Assembly: GCF_014192285.1 (NCBI RefSeq)
Contig: NZ_JACHXQ010000010.1
Span: 106,098 to 130,097 of the forward strand
DNA from: Halomonas fontilapidosi
GTDB lineage: Bacteria; Pseudomonadota; Gammaproteobacteria; Pseudomonadales; Halomonadaceae
DNA: 24,000 nucleotides
Direction of reading: 5' to 3'
Part shown: positions 22,900 to 24,000 of the stretch, in pieces
Layout of the letters: the number at the start of each line of letters is the position of its first letter
How positions within the stretch are numbered: position 1 is the stretch's first letter
Notes under the pieces: model-generated
What the model was told of the DNA's origin: nothing
Database searches by the model: none
What the model saw: the letters and a program-made list of their open reading frames with translations, nothing else
Made by a program: the position numbers and the translations under genes

Positions 22900-24000
22900 C
22901 TAACGGTCAGGGAGCGCTGCCGGGAGCGAGAGCCGATGGAGGCCGTCGTCCAGGCGCGCCGAGACGAAACGTCTGTCCAGCGGATGGCCCGCCGCGTGGG
23001 ACAGCGTCTCCACCACTCGGTCGGCATGGGCCTGGAGGATGTCGAGATCCTGTTGCTCGGCGAACAGAGAGAGGGTCTTCAGGGCCTTGAGCACCCCGAG
23101 GCCGATGCTCAGATCATCCCTGCCGTAGCGCAGGATGGGCTGGAAGAGCCGGTAGAGCAGGCTCTCGAAGTCCTCTACCTGCCAGGTGACCCGGCAGGTT
23201 CCGTCCTGGTCGAAGAGCGCGTCGCAGGGCCGCCACTCAAGGCGTCGGCGCAACAGGTCGGTCAGGCGATGCAGGCAGAGGCGGGCGGTCCCGGGGTCGT
23301 TGATGCCCGGTGAGAGGGCCTTCAGCGCGACCTCCATCAGCTGGGTCATGCCGAACACGTGGTGCTCGGTGATCGATTCTCCCTCCACGTAGGTCAGGGT
23401 GGCCCGGACCTCGTCGCACCAGCTCGCCTCGGGAAGCGCCGCGGCCTCCAGCGAGAGGATCGGCAGCCCCTCTACCACGTAGTCGCCGAAGCGGAAATGA
23501 AGGTGCACGACGCCGTCGACCCGGCGCGCCAGGTCGGCCAGGGCGGTGAGGTCGGCATTCTGCAGGTAGCCGGCGCGGTGGGCATGCACGGTATGCTGGC
23601 GATGGCCGGATGACGGGGCAACCGCCAGGATGCGCCACTCCTTGCTCTGCTGGCGAGACTGCAGCCTCTCCATGGAGGCGAGCGTGGACTGGTGCAGATC
23701 GGCGGCCACGGCATCGATCTGGATCGATTGCGAGGCGTTGTGGATGAAATAGACGAACAGCGCCAGGCAGTGGACCACCATGGCGCAGGCCAGGTAAATC
23801 GCCAGCGAGCGCCAGGTCGCCTGGCCCTCGGCGACGTCCGGGACCATCAGCAGCATCAGGGTGAAGAGGATGGTGCCCAGGTAATGGCCCAGCACCCACT
23901 GATGGGGGCGCTCCGAGATCAGGCCGAACACCAGCTTGTGGGAAAACTGCCCGCCGGCCTGCGAGAGCACCGACATCACCATGGAGAAGCTGAAGACCAT
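22900..24000 (-). CDS. DUF2254-like membrane protein. The 3' part lies in the window and the N-terminus lies beyond the right edge.
   Basis: The frame is open to the window edge. Transmembrane segments (VFSFSMVMSVLSQAGGQFSHKLVFGLI, LGTILFTLMLLMV, AIYLACAMVVHCLALFVYFI) are followed by a soluble C-terminal domain. The family assignment comes from recollection of the (L)SQxxxQFS(P/H)(R/K) motif and is not verified. Confidence 0.5.
   Translation of the reverse strand: MVFSFSMVMSVLSQAGGQFSHKLVFGLISERPHQWVLGHYLGTILFTLMLLMVPDVAEGQATWRSLAIYLACAMVVHCLALFVYFIHNASQSIQIDAVAADLHQSTLASMERLQSRQQSKEWRILAVAPSSGHRQHTVHAHRAGYLQNADLTALADLARRVDGVVHLHFRFGDYVVEGLPILSLEAAALPEASWCDEVRATLTYVEGESITEHHVFGMTQLMEVALKALSPGINDPGTARLCLHRLTDLLRRRLEWRPCDALFDQDGTCRVTWQVEDFESLLYRLFQPILRYGRDDLSIGLGVLKALKTLSLFAEQQDLDILQAHADRVVETLSHAAGHPLDRRFVSARLDDGLHRLSLPAALPDR

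Noticed and set aside
22876-22900. A GC-rich inverted repeat (GCCGGC...GCCGGC) between the convergent lpxL and DUF2254 genes, considered as a possible bidirectional terminator.
   Set aside because: The stem is short and bulged, and there is no T-run on either strand. This is too weak to call in DNA of this GC content.

Overview
This is a high-GC chromosomal segment from a gammaproteobacterium. The gene content and the very acidic secreted proteins suggest a halophile of the Halomonas type, but that is inference and the species cannot be named from the sequence. The left flank (1-6033) holds an Entner-Doudoroff cluster on the minus strand (edd, glk, a partial glucose-6-phosphate 1-epimerase), an ALDH3/coniferyl-type aldehyde dehydrogenase, and a DUF482/FemAB-like gene. 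The right flank (13352-24000) holds the conserved housekeeping run ftsB-ispD-ispF-truD-surE-pcm-(DUF368)-nlpD-rpoS, followed by alr, an lpxL-type acyltransferase and a partial DUF2254 membrane protein. The centre (about 6034-13350) is a block of visibly lower GC and contains the interesting system. It starts with an NtrC-family sigma-54 activator that has a degenerate receiver domain and its own rho-independent terminator. A near-consensus -24/-12 sigma-54 promoter follows, then a six-gene operon closed by a strong terminator. By gene order, sizes, signal peptides and motifs the operon matches the Pseudomonas functional-amyloid (Fap) system fapABCDEF. The six products are a small secreted protein, two Asn/Gln/Gly/Ala-rich proteins each with three imperfect repeats (core SGN[IV]GANVAAGxxNxQxN), a Sec-exported stand-alone C39 cysteine peptidase, another secreted protein, and an outer-membrane beta-barrel. 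Features that look new are listed here and detailed in the findings. (1) A dedicated sigma-54 regulator sits next to the operon. (2) The FapA-like and FapE-like proteins share a motif resembling a double-glycine leader, which could be the substrate site of the C39 peptidase. (3) FapE and FapA carry cryptic single amyloid-type repeats. (4) A stable UUCG hairpin sits directly after the major subunit gene. (5) The major subunit is extremely acidic. All homology statements come from reading motifs by eye and recalling family knowledge. No database search was run.
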